From assembly GCA_964187785.1 (NCBI GenBank), contig OZ076409.1:20090001-20154000 (forward strand): 64,000 bases of DNA. Direction: 5' to 3'. Shown piece by piece: positions 21,203 to 33,390 of this stretch. The position numbers and the translations under genes are program-made. This DNA comes from Amphiscolops sp. MND2022. Taxonomy: Eukaryota. Every line of letters begins with the position of its first letter. Positions within the stretch are counted from its first letter, which is position 1. The notes beneath the pieces were generated by a model. That model saw only the letters and a list, made by a program, of their open reading frames with translations. It searched no databases and was not told the origin of the DNA.

Positions 21203-24013
21203 TTGGAAGAAAAAGTTTCTAAAATTCTCTACTTGAATGTGCAAGGTCTCTTATCGTTCCAAAAATGTATTGATTTACAAAAGCTTTATCTGACTGGTTC
21301 ATATGATTTGATGCTGTTATGCGAAACCTGGTTTGACGAAAATGTTGAATCGATTATATTTCCTAATGACATCCCAACAGTCCTGAATCGAGCGGATCGG
21401 AAGGATGGTTCACATGGTGGTGTGGTGATATGTTCGAATACTTTGGATACATCTCCGGTCAAAACAAATTTCGACTTCGGTTGCGCTGTTATTTTCCAGA
21501 ACTGCTTGGTGATAGTTATTTATAATCCTCCCCTGACCAGCAAATACCGGATAATGGATAAACATCTCCTCAATTTTATTAAATCGGTTATTTGCAAAGC
21601 TTTTTGGTCGGTCGAGAAAAATATCTTAGTGTTAGGCGATTTCAATATCCCTTCGATTAATTGGGCACTCTTTCCCGCTCAAATTCCCGAGGAGTACTCC
21701 GAAGTTTTCAATTTCTTCATTCACAATGGCTTTGATCAATTAATTCATCAAACGACCCATGACGGAGGCAATATTCTAGACCTTTGTTTTGCAAACTTTG
21801 ACATTCAATCAATCTCTGTGTCGGGAAAAAATTTCCAATCTGACCACTTCGGAATAACTATTATTCTAGAAACTTTTCATCTTAAAAAGTGGGAAATGCC
21901 TCAATCCAACTCAACCTTCTCCCTTACTCCAGATGCGGTGGAAAACATAAAGCTTGACCTATCTGACAATATATTTTCAATGGTACAGCCAAATTCCGAA
22001 TCTACTTATAGCCAGAATTGGTTCGATAATTTCGACGAAATTCTGAAGAAACACATGAGAAAGAAACGTCAAAAGCGTTTGAGTCTACCGTTCTATTACA
22101 CTTCGCATTCGATTCACCTTTATAATCAATTGAAAACCCTTGCGTCTTCAACGAAAAATTACAACATATCAAAATTTATGTCAGTGAAAAAAGACCTCTT
22201 GGAGTCTATTGAGTTGGATATCCATTGTTTTGTTAACCATTTTGTTAGTAACAACACGAGAATGCATGACTGTTATAATCTAGTCAGATCTTTCAAAAAT
22301 TCTTCGTCCTATCCCTCAAAAATGACATGGGAGAAAAAGAATTTCTCTGGTAAACCTGATATTGCCAATGCTTTCAACGACTTTTTCTTTTGCCAATATC
22401 AAGAATGTTCAACTATCAAAAATTTCAACAACTTCGATGAATTAGAATTGAATGATGTTGAAATCACTCTAGATGAAGTGTACTCAGTTCTAAACTGTTG
22501 CACGAATGGAACTGGACCGGATGGTCTTTCTGGGTTTCTACTGCGACAGATTTCCAACGAATTTAGCATTCATTTTCTTAAATTGGCAGAACACATTCTC
22601 AGTACATCAATTTTCCCGGCAAACTGGAAAACAACTTTCATTAGACCAATGCACAAAAAGAAATGTAAAACGGTAATCGAAAATTACAGACCTGTAGCAT
22701 CTTTATCCCGTCTTTCAATTTGTTTTGAACGGCTCCTTTTTAAAAAACTTTATCCCCACTGCTCAAAAAAGATATCCCATTTACAGCATGGGTTCATGAA
22801 AAGCAAATCGATACAATCCCAATTGTTAATTCACTTAGATTACATATACAACAACCTTGACAGAGGAGATGAAGTTTTCACAGTTTATCTTGATTTCAGC
22901 AAAGCGTTTGATCGTGTTGATCATGAGATTTTATTGAAAAAGGTTGCCAGTTTTGGGATTGGTGGCAATATACTCAAACTCTTGAAAAGTTATCTCGAAG
23001 ATCGTGAACAACGAGTTAAAATTGACGACTGTCTCTCAACTGCCCTTCCAATCAAAAGTGGTGTCCCCCAAGGCTCGGTTATTGGACCTTTATTATTTTT
23101 AATCTTCATTAATGATTTGCCTGGTGTTTGTGTCGACTCAATAATGTTACTCTTTGCAGACGATTCGAAAATCTCAAATGCTGATCCCATTGAACTCCAG
23201 AATGATCTTATAAGGATTTATAACTGGGCGAAAGCAAATAAAATGGAATTCAATAACACGAAAACTGAACTACTATGGTTTACTCTTCATCGCTATAAAA
23301 TTTCTGATAGACGTGTATTGGTCTTTGATTCTAAAGATATTGAGTTTTCTACGGTCCCTATTAAAGATTTGGGTATCAATTTTACGTCTGATTTGAAATG
23401 GTCAGCCCACATCGATGTTCGTATTAGAAAAGCTTTTTCACGATTCATGATGTTAAAGCGGTCCTTACCGACTACCTTACCGGCTAATGTAAAATCACAA
23501 GTTTACAAACTTTATATCCTACCAATAATCACCTATGGATCAGTCCTATGGTTTCCCAACAAGACTGATATATCGAAATTAGAAGTCTTTCAAAATAAAG
23601 TTATTCGTTGGTTTGGACTTATAGATGATTATAAGGATCGGTTATTAGCCCTAAATTTGCTTCCCTTTTCTCTGCTGTTTCAGTTGAACGACCTCCTATT
23701 CCTACATCAATGTATTGTGAACGATTCTCCGATATGTTCAGGACTGCTCTACAAAGAATCTCTCCGCCATTATGACACCCGATTTTCATCACGAAAACTT
23801 CTCTTTAAAAAGAAAACAAGACTGAAGTCCACTGACAGCTTTTTCATAAACAGAGTTGTTAATCTAGCTAATTTCGTATCATCGAAATTCGAGATTGACT
23901 TCTTTGACACGACCTCATTTAAGCCTAAACTGAAAAATATTTTTCGAAACTACCTTAAATATGGCTATGATAAATCGGATTGTAGAAGGTTTTTGAAGTG
24001 CTATTGCTGTTGA
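21203..24013 (+). CDS. CR1-type LINE ORF2 (APE endonuclease plus reverse transcriptase), uninterrupted 936 codons
   Basis: APE motifs NVQGL, LCETW, LGDFN, LDL and SDH; RT motifs GPDG, NYRPVA, QHGF, LDFSKAFD, GVPQGS and FADD. The 3' UTR has a hairpin tctac-agaaaa-gtaga and a short cta tail to 24096. The start codon is uncertain. Confidence 0.95.
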   Translation: MEEKVSKILYLNVQGLLSFQKCIDLQKLYLTGSYDLMLLCETWFDENVESIIFPNDIPTVLNRADRKDGSHGGVVICSNTLDTSPVKTNFDFGCAVIFQNCLVIVIYNPPLTSKYRIMDKHLLNFIKSVICKAFWSVEKNILVLGDFNIPSINWALFPAQIPEEYSEVFNFFIHNGFDQLIHQTTHDGGNILDLCFANFDIQSISVSGKNFQSDHFGITIILETFHLKKWEMPQSNSTFSLTPDAVENIKLDLSDNIFSMVQPNSESTYSQNWFDNFDEILKKHMRKKRQKRLSLPFYYTSHSIHLYNQLKTLASSTKNYNISKFMSVKKDLLESIELDIHCFVNHFVSNNTRMHDCYNLVRSFKNSSSYPSKMTWEKKNFSGKPDIANAFNDFFFCQYQECSTIKNFNNFDELELNDVEITLDEVYSVLNCCTNGTGPDGLSGFLLRQISNEFSIHFLKLAEHILSTSIFPANWKTTFIRPMHKKKCKTVIENYRPVASLSRLSICFERLLFKKLYPHCSKKISHLQHGFMKSKSIQSQLLIHLDYIYNNLDRGDEVFTVYLDFSKAFDRVDHEILLKKVASFGIGGNILKLLKSYLEDREQRVKIDDCLSTALPIKSGVPQGSVIGPLLFLIFINDLPGVCVDSIMLLFADDSKISNADPIELQNDLIRIYNWAKANKMEFNNTKTELLWFTLHRYKISDRRVLVFDSKDIEFSTVPIKDLGINFTSDLKWSAHIDVRIRKAFSRFMMLKRSLPTTLPANVKSQVYKLYILPIITYGSVLWFPNKTDISKLEVFQNKVIRWFGLIDDYKDRLLALNLLPFSLLFQLNDLLFLHQCIVNDSPICSGLLYKESLRHYDTRFSSRKLLFKKKTRLKSTDSFFINRVVNLANFVSSKFEIDFFDTTSFKPKLKNIFRNYLKYGYDKSDCRRFLKCYCC

Positions 24014-27000
24014 TTTTTGTTTCTTATATTTTCAATCATAAATAATCAGGCTGTTTAATATCTACAGAAAAGTAGAATTTAAGTCTTTTACTACTACCTG
24101 TTCGACCTCGCTTAGCAAGATGGGAACATAAGCGGCCCCAAGGGGCCGCGGGGCACTAGAGGAAATGGGGACATATCCGAGACATGTTTTATACTTTGAA
24201 TCACTTCATAGCATCAGATCTTAATTGACCTGAATTTTTTCAAATTTAGACGCTATTCCCGTTTTTCGGACGTATTTCGACAAATTTTCTGTATTTTAGT
24301 CGTTTTTCTGTAATTAAGACGTTATTCCCGTTTTCAGGTTTAGACGTTATTCCTCTTTTTAGACGTTATTCCTCTGTTTAGACGTTGTTCCCGTTTTTTT
24401 AGACGTTATTCCCTAATATTTCAATTTAGATGTTATTCCTTTAGACGTTATTCCCGGTGGACCTTTAGACGTTATTCCTTAGACGTTATTCCCTCCTCTA
24501 CATGATGACACTCATGGTACTTGATTGATGAAGATCCATGGTATCTGATAGATTTTTGATACCCCGTGTGCGTTATAACTGTCAAGAGAACATATAGCCT
24601 TTTGATTGAATCGAAAAGTTTTAGAATTCGTAAATGACAACAACGAAGGCTTGTAATAGTAAATCGCGACGACGAGGTGAGAAATTGTCGAGTGAGGAGC
24701 TTACCAACACTCTGGCACAGATACCCGATAGTGTGTATTGGAAGTCTCTGTTCAGCTGGCGCCAGGATTTTGAAAGCAAGAAAAGCAGTTTCGAGAAATG
24801 TAATTCTCTGTGTTGATTGTTCCTTGACATATCCGTATCTCTTCAGTAATCTTTTGACGCGGCCTTCCTCTTTTTGCGTCTCCACGCCCCTCCGGTTCGG
24901 CCTTCGTCAGAAACGGCTGCTTGTCAAGCCTTTACTCCTGCATTCTGAGTACTAGGGGTATGAATATAAATGGCAAATATAATCGCATATAAATGGCAAA
25001 CTTTCAGCGTGACGAGAATGCATGAAGCTGTATACATATTGTCCTTTTCATCTCACTTGTTCTACTTATGTTTTCGTTTTTGCATAGTCTGTTATCTGTT
25101 TTTGCGACTCTCTATTCTCTGATACCTTTTTAGTGCAAAGCGAATTGGATCAAAAGTTTGGTAACATAATCCTGGATTGTGGAAACCGGAAATGTGATGG
25201 TACTACCAGCGCTCGCAGCTTTGAGGAAGTTGGAACTTTGGACCAAAGCATCTCTTTGAAATCAGTTGTTCAAAGTACAAGTGATTCGCTGAAAAAAGTA
25301 GATCATCACGTCAAGAAAATTGTGCCTATTTTCGCTCGCGAGAAACCTCATCTCAAAGCAAAGCGTTCTCAACAAACTGGGGATCAACGCTGGCATCATG
25401 AAGATCATTCGTTTGGAGATAGCGGCTATTATCGCTCAGATCGACATAGTATAGAGAATTGACGCTTTTCCATCGAATTTTAGAAAGCTAACATGTTGAA
25501 GTTTTTAAAAACTTGGCTGAGTAAAGCAATTTTCAAACGAGACGATAAATGCTAATCAGCTCATTTAGTAAGTCTGTCAATTGTCTAATGAGGTGTTGAC
25601 GGTGGATATCATTGCACTGACAACAAGTACGAAGATCCTGCAATAGTGCAAAAATGGATTTCGGATTCGCCTCCAGTTTTTACAGCCACTGGCGATTCAC
25701 AATTTCGGTACAAAGAGCCTCTTGGTACATATAACACGACCGCGCCCTTAATTGATTACTTACCCGCGAAATATATAGCAAGAAAAGACTGTCATCGCAG
25801 TGTCTTTGCCAATGTGACAGCAATTCATCACGCCATGTGTCCTTACGCCACGCATCAGTTACTGATATCCATCACTCATTTGTCGCTGGAGTTTCTTTAG
25901 AGGTGCTTGAAAGTTAGTGAGTTATGAAAGTGATGGATTTCGGTTGAAAGGCTACAGAAACCATCACCTCAATCGCCGATGCCTCTTCAAAGTAGTAGAA
26001 AAAACATTACCTCTGGATGTCCTTTTCAACATCAAAAAGGTCCCAATGTAGGTAAGCCTTTATTCAGTTGTGTCCGATCGAGCGTGATACCAAGACTGTT
26101 CATCTAGAATCTCCGAATCTTTGTTTCCAGACAATCGGCCTAGTCTCCGTACGCGCAGTCAAAGTGCACATGGAAGCTACTTAGAGCTGGAAATGAAGGT
26201 TGCGTATCAATACTCTTACATAGTTCAAGGACTAATTTAGTTCGACTATGTACTGCTTTAATCTTTCCCGTTCTACATTGACCTTTTCTTTTTTTTAGCT
26301 TCTATATTTTCCCATATTACCCGTTTTAAACTGTGGTTACAGCGTGTTTTTTGTTAACTCTGTATGAGCCCGACTATAATTCAGACTTTTTAAAGCTCTT
26401 GCCAACTGACACTTTCAGTGTCTTCACCGGAAAGTAAGAAAAATGGTTTCATTTCATATATTTGTGTGTGTGAAATTTTGAAGAAAAATCCGGACGTCTT
26501 TGATTTAAATTTTTGGATGACCGTATTCTGAGCTCAAATGCAATTTTTTGGAATGGCATTTTGACACCGCTATTAGCCGAGGATAAAATTACACTTCTTT
26601 GGTTTTTCATTTTCCCCGCAGAACGATCTTCGTTCAATATTATGATATTTTTCATTAAAACGAATCCAATTAGTGGTGCTCTGTGTCTTTTTAAAATGGT
26701 AGAATGCATGACTAAGATGAGATGAGTTCAACATAAAAATCGTTCAAGAAACGTCATCAAAAGTGCAAAGCAGAAGATTCGGACAGACTTTCGAATACAT
26801 CGGTGTATGATCAAAGACCGTGTACCCCATATGCAGAAGAAAACGTGGAGCCCCCTGTTGAGCCCGCTAACAGACTTTACTCGTTGCGAAACCCTACTTG
26901 TCATAAGCATACACAGATAATGAAATCTCCCTTCATTGCCCCTGACCACAGTTTCAGCCCTAAGATAAACAAAGGCGTGCCTAGAACAAATCAGAAGAAT

Positions 27001-27444
27001 TCAGTGATATCAGAAGTCAGCCCTTCTCTCAGGCAACAACTAACAGTAAACGAGAATAAGTGCGTTAACCTTCCCTCTTTCACCGTGTTTCGTGTTTTCG
27101 ATTTTGTAACTTTCGTCTAATTAGGAGATCGAGAAGTTGCGGAGATTTGCCCAAAGAAGAACAGCCGTTACTGACTAACCATATACATCTGGTTATTAAG
27201 ACTTCTGAAGTAATCTATCATTGACTATTTTTGACATCGCAGCACCAGTGCGGTGCTATGCGAAAATTTCTACTCTTTTGTGTTTTTTGAAGTTTTCAAT
27301 CTACTGGTTATCTTGTGTATGTCGATCCATCCATACTCCAAATTATTACAATTTTCTTTACAAATGACTTCTCGGTTTCAATTTTGAGCTCAGGGAGCCA
27401 CTATTAAGATCTAACGCCCAAGATGTAACTAAGGCATTGGCATA

Positions 27445-27570
27445 GCTGTTATACGTACGCTCGCTTTCGCCGTTAAATAGACCAGCTCTCTCTCGATCGC
27501 TTCGCAATTTTCGCTGCTGCTCGACCTCACTTTGCAAGACATCCACTGGCAACCGTGGGACTCTGGTGAG
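27445..27570 (+). repeat. Degenerate core copy between inverted agatctaacgcc / ggcgttagatct motifs
   Basis: acgctcgc..gaccagctc..cgatcgcttcgc..tcgacctc follows the core motif order. Confidence 0.55.
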
Positions 27571-28809
27571 TATAGAGACGTCGTTTAAAAATCAGAAAGG
27601 GTGCGAGCGGGTCATTATATGGAAAAATCTTAATAATTACATCTTAGACGTATGGCAGTGTCGGCATTTTGGATTTAATGCAAATTTTGCCTTTGAGCAT
27701 GTCAAATCGTTGAATTTTAGGCGTTAGATCTTATTCTAGTTTCCTTCACTCAGTACTATGTCACGTGATGTCATGAAAATAATGCTATGGATTAGATTTT
27801 TTGCATGTGGTTAGTTCCCAACGTGCGAACAACGTGAACTACCCTCCGGACCCTGATTACATTCCCCCAGTGCTGACAAGAGCAGCAGAACTGAGTCGTG
27901 AATACAAGAAAAGTAAAATGAGAGCCAAGCGAAAGGCCGAGGCTGCTGATCGGAAAATGTTGCGCAGGGTGAAACAGACTAATCGTAAAATCTGTCGCTT
28001 TGGGTATAGAGTGAAAGTCAACTCAGGGCGCAGATCCGCCCGCAGACGGGGTAACGAAGAATCATATGATCGGGAGTTCTTGGAACTACCTCGGTCTTCT
28101 GCCGATCGAACACAGTCTATTTCGTCCATGGTTGGTTTTTTCTTGCTTTCTTTTCTGAAATGTTCTTAAGATAATGTTCCCAGTCTAGAAAGTCTCCAAG
28201 TAGTGGATATTTTAGAAAGTATGCTGCTACATAGCAATAGATAGATCACTTCTCGTATAGGATGATTCAGTGTTTGGCTCATTCTGTTTAATTCATAAAC
28301 GGCAGTGGGTTTTCGTTCATTTATGAATTTGAATTTCCAACAAAAATCTACATTTTCCTATTTTCTCTCGAGGGCGGTAAATACTAAGGTTGTTATTGTT
28401 TTGCTTTTTCACGCCCTTAGAAAATATGAAGATGTGATGTGCATTTTTTGAATTTTGTTATTGAGAATAATGTTTTGAAACATTCAATTTGAACGCATAT
28501 GAGCGCAGTCAGCGTTGTTTCAGTACCATAGCAACAGAACCAATCGCACATTCGCTGTTGCGGGCCACTACCCACGAATGACCTACATTGACACGCCATC
28601 GGTTGAAATTAGCTTCTGAAAGGTGCCTGTTTATGTAAATCAAAACTCAATTGAATCAGTATTTGTGATGTAATTTGACCCAACCAAGTTCACATTTTCA
28701 ACCCAGTAACTTTTTCGAACTCCGCAGTCGTCACTTGTTAGAAAGCGTTAGCAATGAGATGCTTATTTCTAGATACGTAATGACTGGATTCTGACTAAAT
28801 CCTATAGAA

Positions 28810-29355
28810 ATGTTTGTTCATAAAGTACTCATGTTCTATTTTTTCTCCATATCCCTCAATGTTTTTATCATGCTCAAACTCGACGGTCCCACTGACTGGA
28901 GTTGGTTTCTGGTTTTGACCCCAATGTGGCTTCTAGACGCTCTCCTTTTGGCATTATCCCTCGCCCAAGTCTTCTTGTCCAATATCCCAGCTCTGGTCAG
29001 CTACAGTGGCACGCAAGACGAAGTACTGACGCGAACCCGCTCCTTCTGGTTTCTTTCCTTTGTCATCTGCAAAGTGGTTTTCCAGCTGTTGGTCTGCATG
29101 AGAGCTAGCAATATGATTTTGGCCCCAATTACTATTGTTATGATACCTTTATGGATAATTCTATTTGGCGTTTGTTTTGACCTTTTCTCAGCTTGTCTGG
29201 AAATTGTACAGCCTCCCGTGATGGAGTATGTGGAAGAAAGAAAGAGGAAGAAACAGAAAGTAGCGAACGACCAAAGCAATCAAGGCACCAGCTCATCAGA
29301 TCCCCCAAAACCCTGTTTCTCAGGTACCAAGAAAAATGACGAAAGCTCTCTTTGA
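28810..29355 (+). CDS. TMEM60: Transmembrane protein 60-like (TMEM60/TMEM185 family), single coding exon
   Basis: LKLDGPTDWSWFLVLTPMWLLD and IVMIPLW resemble the TMEM60 motifs LKLD...WNWFLIFIPVWIFD and VFIPLW. It has four hydrophobic segments. Confidence 0.82.
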   Translation: MFVHKVLMFYFFSISLNVFIMLKLDGPTDWSWFLVLTPMWLLDALLLALSLAQVFLSNIPALVSYSGTQDEVLTRTRSFWFLSFVICKVVFQLLVCMRASNMILAPITIVMIPLWIILFGVCFDLFSACLEIVQPPVMEYVEERKRKKQKVANDQSNQGTSSSDPPKPCFSGTKKNDESSL

Positions 29356-31546
29356 CAACTCGACTGCAATGTCTCTTTACTATAGTAGTTTTTTCATTCA
29401 GTATTTTTTTAAAAAATGAATGCGTCTATTGTGCTATTTTTGTAGCCCATATCACTATGCCATTTTAGATAATTGGCTGTTTAAATTATAATTTTTCTGA
29501 AAAGTTTTTTGTTCAAAAGTGTTATGCAAAAAAGGATGGTTATATTTTCGGATTTCTTGGACGTTAATTTTCTGCTATGATATAATCTATATAACTCAAT
29601 GGATTACCCAATTGAATGATGATCCCAGATCGATTTTTGTTTCTGCAGTGATAATGATGTTGTTTTCGGAGATGTTTCGCAATTGATTTTGAAATGCCGG
29701 AACAGCATTCAATTGCGATATCCTGGATAAAACTCCGTTCATCTTGTTTTCCGTCCCGCTCATGCTCATCTAATAAAACTCCACTCGTAAAATGCATGGC
29801 ATTTTTGATATGAGTATTCAAAGGTCGTGGAAGTTCCGTATTTCCGCGAATAAAAGCCGCTGTATACGTTATTTTTACTGCTTTCATTAGAGGGCGGCCA
29901 CTATTCAGGTGCCACTTTTATCATAATTATCTTAGTTACGTAGCTGATTTTGAAATCTGATTTTTGTGGAGCCAGCTTTGAGTTTCCAATGACTTAAAAT
30001 TTTGATTTTTAATCCAATGATTTTTAAAATGCAAATTGAAGCTTCTGGAGACGATGCGACCTTCTTTGTGCCTTGCATTGATGGAAAAATTATCTTCCTT
30101 TTCCATAGCTTCCTTCTTCCAAATAATAGTTACTTCGATTCAATTACAACCTGTGGATTCTATTTTAAAAAATTGCCGAATTTGAACCGCTATTTCTTAG
30201 CCGACGTGTATTTTTCAGGTTAATTTTTTTGAAATGAAAAAAAGGCAAATGAAAAATCTATTTCAAGTTTCTTAATCGGCGCTATATGAGGCAATTCGTT
30301 ACAACCGAAGTCAGGGCACCTTTTAGTGCTCAAAAATCGTGAAATACTCAAAATTACGAAGGACCTGTTTTTAGAAAGTTTGTAAATCAATACAGAGTAA
30401 CTTGAAAATGGGGCCATTTGGGTTCGTTGTTTCCCTCGTGGATATTGCCAAAATGTTGAAGTTTTCATAAAGGAACCCTTTTTGGAACTAAATATTCCAG
30501 ATGAAAATTCTTCATTCTAGCTTCGTAAGAAGGTTGATGTACTCATTTCGTCTAGGGGCCTTTTTGATGTTTTCGACAGATTAGCCCGATCTTAGTAAAC
30601 TATCTAGAACCCCATCTTCCGCCTAGCAAGACGTAAAAAGTGAAAATGCCCTATATCTGTATTCATACGTTGTACGCGAATCATTGTACGTTATATGCAT
30701 TATATCAAGCAATGTTATTATTCTAGTTCATTCGAGGAAAAATTAGGCCACCCATTTTTTCATTATGAGTTGCCGGTAAAATATGTTGAATTTATAAAAA
30801 GTGGAATTCTCGGTGACATCTGAAGAAGCCTGCCACTGTATTAATTTCAATTTTTTTTTCAAAAGGCTTCGATAAAAACTTTAAAACTTTCTTTGTTACT
30901 GTAGGCAACGCCCTGAATTTTTTTCGATCAAATCGGTAAACACGAAATCCCACATTTAATGTTCATTCTGACAACCTTTGCACAGATCAGTCACTTTAAA
31001 ATAACTTATACATGTCTTCTCAAAGTTATCGTGAACGTCATTTGACAGTAACATTCACCTAAATTGTTGTCGGTTTTGTCTATTTATCACATTAAAAATT
31101 CGCAATTGCCGAAATCAAACCCCAATAAGTTCAAAATCCGGAAAAATTCCGACCAAATTGTTCGATCCGCTCGACCCCGAAGATCATCAGTCTGAGAAAA
31201 GGTAGCATTACCATGTTTTCGTAGATTGTGAAGAGAATATGAAAATGTTTCACTTCTTTTTTGCCGAAATCTTTTGGTCTGGTTATTTTTTGTAGGGGCG
31301 CGAATAACGTCTAAAAGTGTTTCAGGAATAAAACTGTGCCTCTTTTCTTCTTTTTCAGTTTTTTGCGAATTATCAAAAACTTTTTGATGTATAGAAAGGA
31401 CCCTGAGTTTACAACCATGAAACCCCATTGAGATTTTCAGCATCAATGTACTTTTTGAAATTTTATTCAGCCTCACACTGAAAAGTCCAATTGTGGTGCT
31501 TCTTAGCGCTTTCGTATCATACCGTAGTATTTCTACAATTTATTCA

Positions 31547-32287
31547 AAAAGCGGGGAACGGCCCAAGTTGGTACCCCGTCCAGGGTTCAAACAGAGTGAA
31601 ATTCAAAAGGACAGTATTGTGAAAATTATGAAATTTACAGTGCCAAAAATATCCGAAGGAATCTCCAAAGACTGAAACAGCTTTTTCACTAACTCGAAAC
31701 ATCAAAAAACCCAATTTTTGAACAAAATTTGATATTTTTTTGCTTTTCTGGGAAAGTCTCATAGAAACACCCAAAAACAGACCCTTCCAGTTCGCAAAAC
31801 ACTTTTTCCAAGCCCAAATACTTCTTTTAAAGTCAAAGGATAACCCTTCGACATGATCAAAAAGTTTTTTCTCACAGATATTGAGAAAACTCTCATCAGT
31901 CCCTCAGGACCGAAAAAATGACCAGAGGTGTCACCCTCAAGACTCAATAAGCTATTCGCTTTGAGAGAAAACCTCAAAAAAACCAAAAATTATGGTAAAA
32001 ATTGAAAGGGGCTTCGGTAATTAAAAAATCAGCAAAAAATTGCAAAGTACCAAAAAACCCATAGGTACCGGGGATCCTTTAGTCTTCTACCTTTGCAAGC
32101 ATAGAAATTTTGGTTTAGTGCGGGACTCGAACCCACGTACTCTTGCCTTTCAGACACCGTCATCAGAACTGGAAATCGCTGTAACCGCTAGGCCAAAACA
32201 CCAGAGCAAGCAACTTGCAGAAATCTGCCAGTTCGTTGTCATGAAACTGCTGTAGTCGGCTTTTCTACTAGAAGCGCCGGCTAAAAA
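31547..32287 (-). mobile_element. DINE-1/HINE-like non-autonomous Helentron
   Basis: Degenerate family ends ggggaacggcccaagttggtacc and gaagcgccggctaaaaa. Confidence 0.6.
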
Positions 32288-32698
32288 GTCGCCTTTAAAA
32301 AGCTACAGGAATAAATATTCCCCTTCTTTAAAAAGCTACATCAGACCAGAAGGGCCCCCTTTTAAATTTTTCCGAAACTGCGATTTTTAGAATGTAAAAC
32401 ATTCAGACAACTGCGCTTGCAGGCCTTGAGCGGTTGCCGATATGGGCGTTCCTGGTATGATTAAGAGGTAGATCAGTAAAAATACCGCAACTTGTTTTCA
32501 TGTTTAAAAAAACTAATTAAATTGGTTGTTTTTCCGCTAAAATTTTTCATTTGCTTTTTTAATGCTCATTTCATAGCAATTTTTCGCGCTAATTCAGTGA
32601 TGGGTGGGCTTGGGCCTTCCCGTTTCTTTCAGTTGAGTGTTTGATTTGTTGGTTGTTCAGTACTTCAAATTGCTTTTTATTTTGGCGTGAGATCCGAA

Positions 32699-33109
32699 AT
32701 GACTGAAGAGGAAGTGCTACATAGAGGAGGTTGCCACTGTGGTGCAGTCAAATGGACGTTTTTGGCTCCCAGCGATTTGGATGTTTTCGATTGTAATTGT
32801 TCCATTTGCTACAAAAAGTCGTTGTTTCACGTTATTGTTCCAGAGGAAAAATTCACACTTCTACAAGGAGAGGAATGTCTTACTATTTACCAGTTCAACA
32901 AGAAAATAGCTGTTCATCCGTTCTGCAAGTTCTGTGGAACCGAATCGTTCTATAGACCCAGGTCCAATCCCAATGGCTACGGTATCATGTACAGATGCAT
33001 TGAAGGTGATACGTTGAAGAACGTCACGTTCCATAAAGTAGATGGCCAAAATTGGGAGCTGACTGTGCCTGGAAACCAGCTTTTGGCTTCAAAAACTCCT
33101 AAGAAGTGA
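32699..33109 (+). CDS. CENPV: Centromere protein V / GFA-family zinc-binding protein
   Basis: HRGGCHCGAV, DCNCSIC, HPFCKFCG and PRSNP motifs; ATG at 32699. Confidence 0.92.
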   Translation: MTEEEVLHRGGCHCGAVKWTFLAPSDLDVFDCNCSICYKKSLFHVIVPEEKFTLLQGEECLTIYQFNKKIAVHPFCKFCGTESFYRPRSNPNGYGIMYRCIEGDTLKNVTFHKVDGQNWELTVPGNQLLASKTPKK

Positions 33110-33133
33110 GAAAAATTATTAGTTGCTGAGAAC

Positions 33134-33390
33134 GGTGGCAGGACAAAATAACCAAAGTCAAAATAGCCAAAGTCAAAATAGCCCATGCCATAATATCCAA
33201 AATGCCAAAATAGCCAATGCCAAAATAACCAACGCCAAATAAGCCAATACCAAAACAGCCAAAGTAACACTATAACATTGGCTATCATGTCACGTTGGCT
33301 ATTTTGTCACTTTGGCTATCATGTTGGATATTTTGGCATTGGCTATTATGGCATTGGTTATTATGACTTAGGATATTCTGACATGTAACC
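33134..33390. mobile_element. Foldback MITE with ~15-bp aaaatagccaaagtc inverted arrays, no core
   Basis: 9-bp TSD gctgagaac (33125-33133, 33391-33399) and GG...CC termini. Confidence 0.9.

Larger units (their letters stand above)
20006..24499. mobile_element. Foldback element C (ggaataacgtctaa inverted arrays) enclosing a split core and an intact CR1
   Basis: acatgatgac is duplicated at 19996-20005 and 24500-24509. The arrays lie at 20013-20160 and 24245-24493. Confidence 0.88.

Noticed and set aside
24097..24176. HDV-like ribozyme in the core (gacctcgc ... gaaatggggac)
   Set aside because: I could not build the nested double pseudoknot, and no catalytic C is evident in the J4/2 position. 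An Infernal or RNArobo search would settle it.
32977..33288. W/F-rich membrane protein ORF on the minus strand
   Set aside because: It is a translation of the 15-bp foldback array plus the antisense strand of CENPV.
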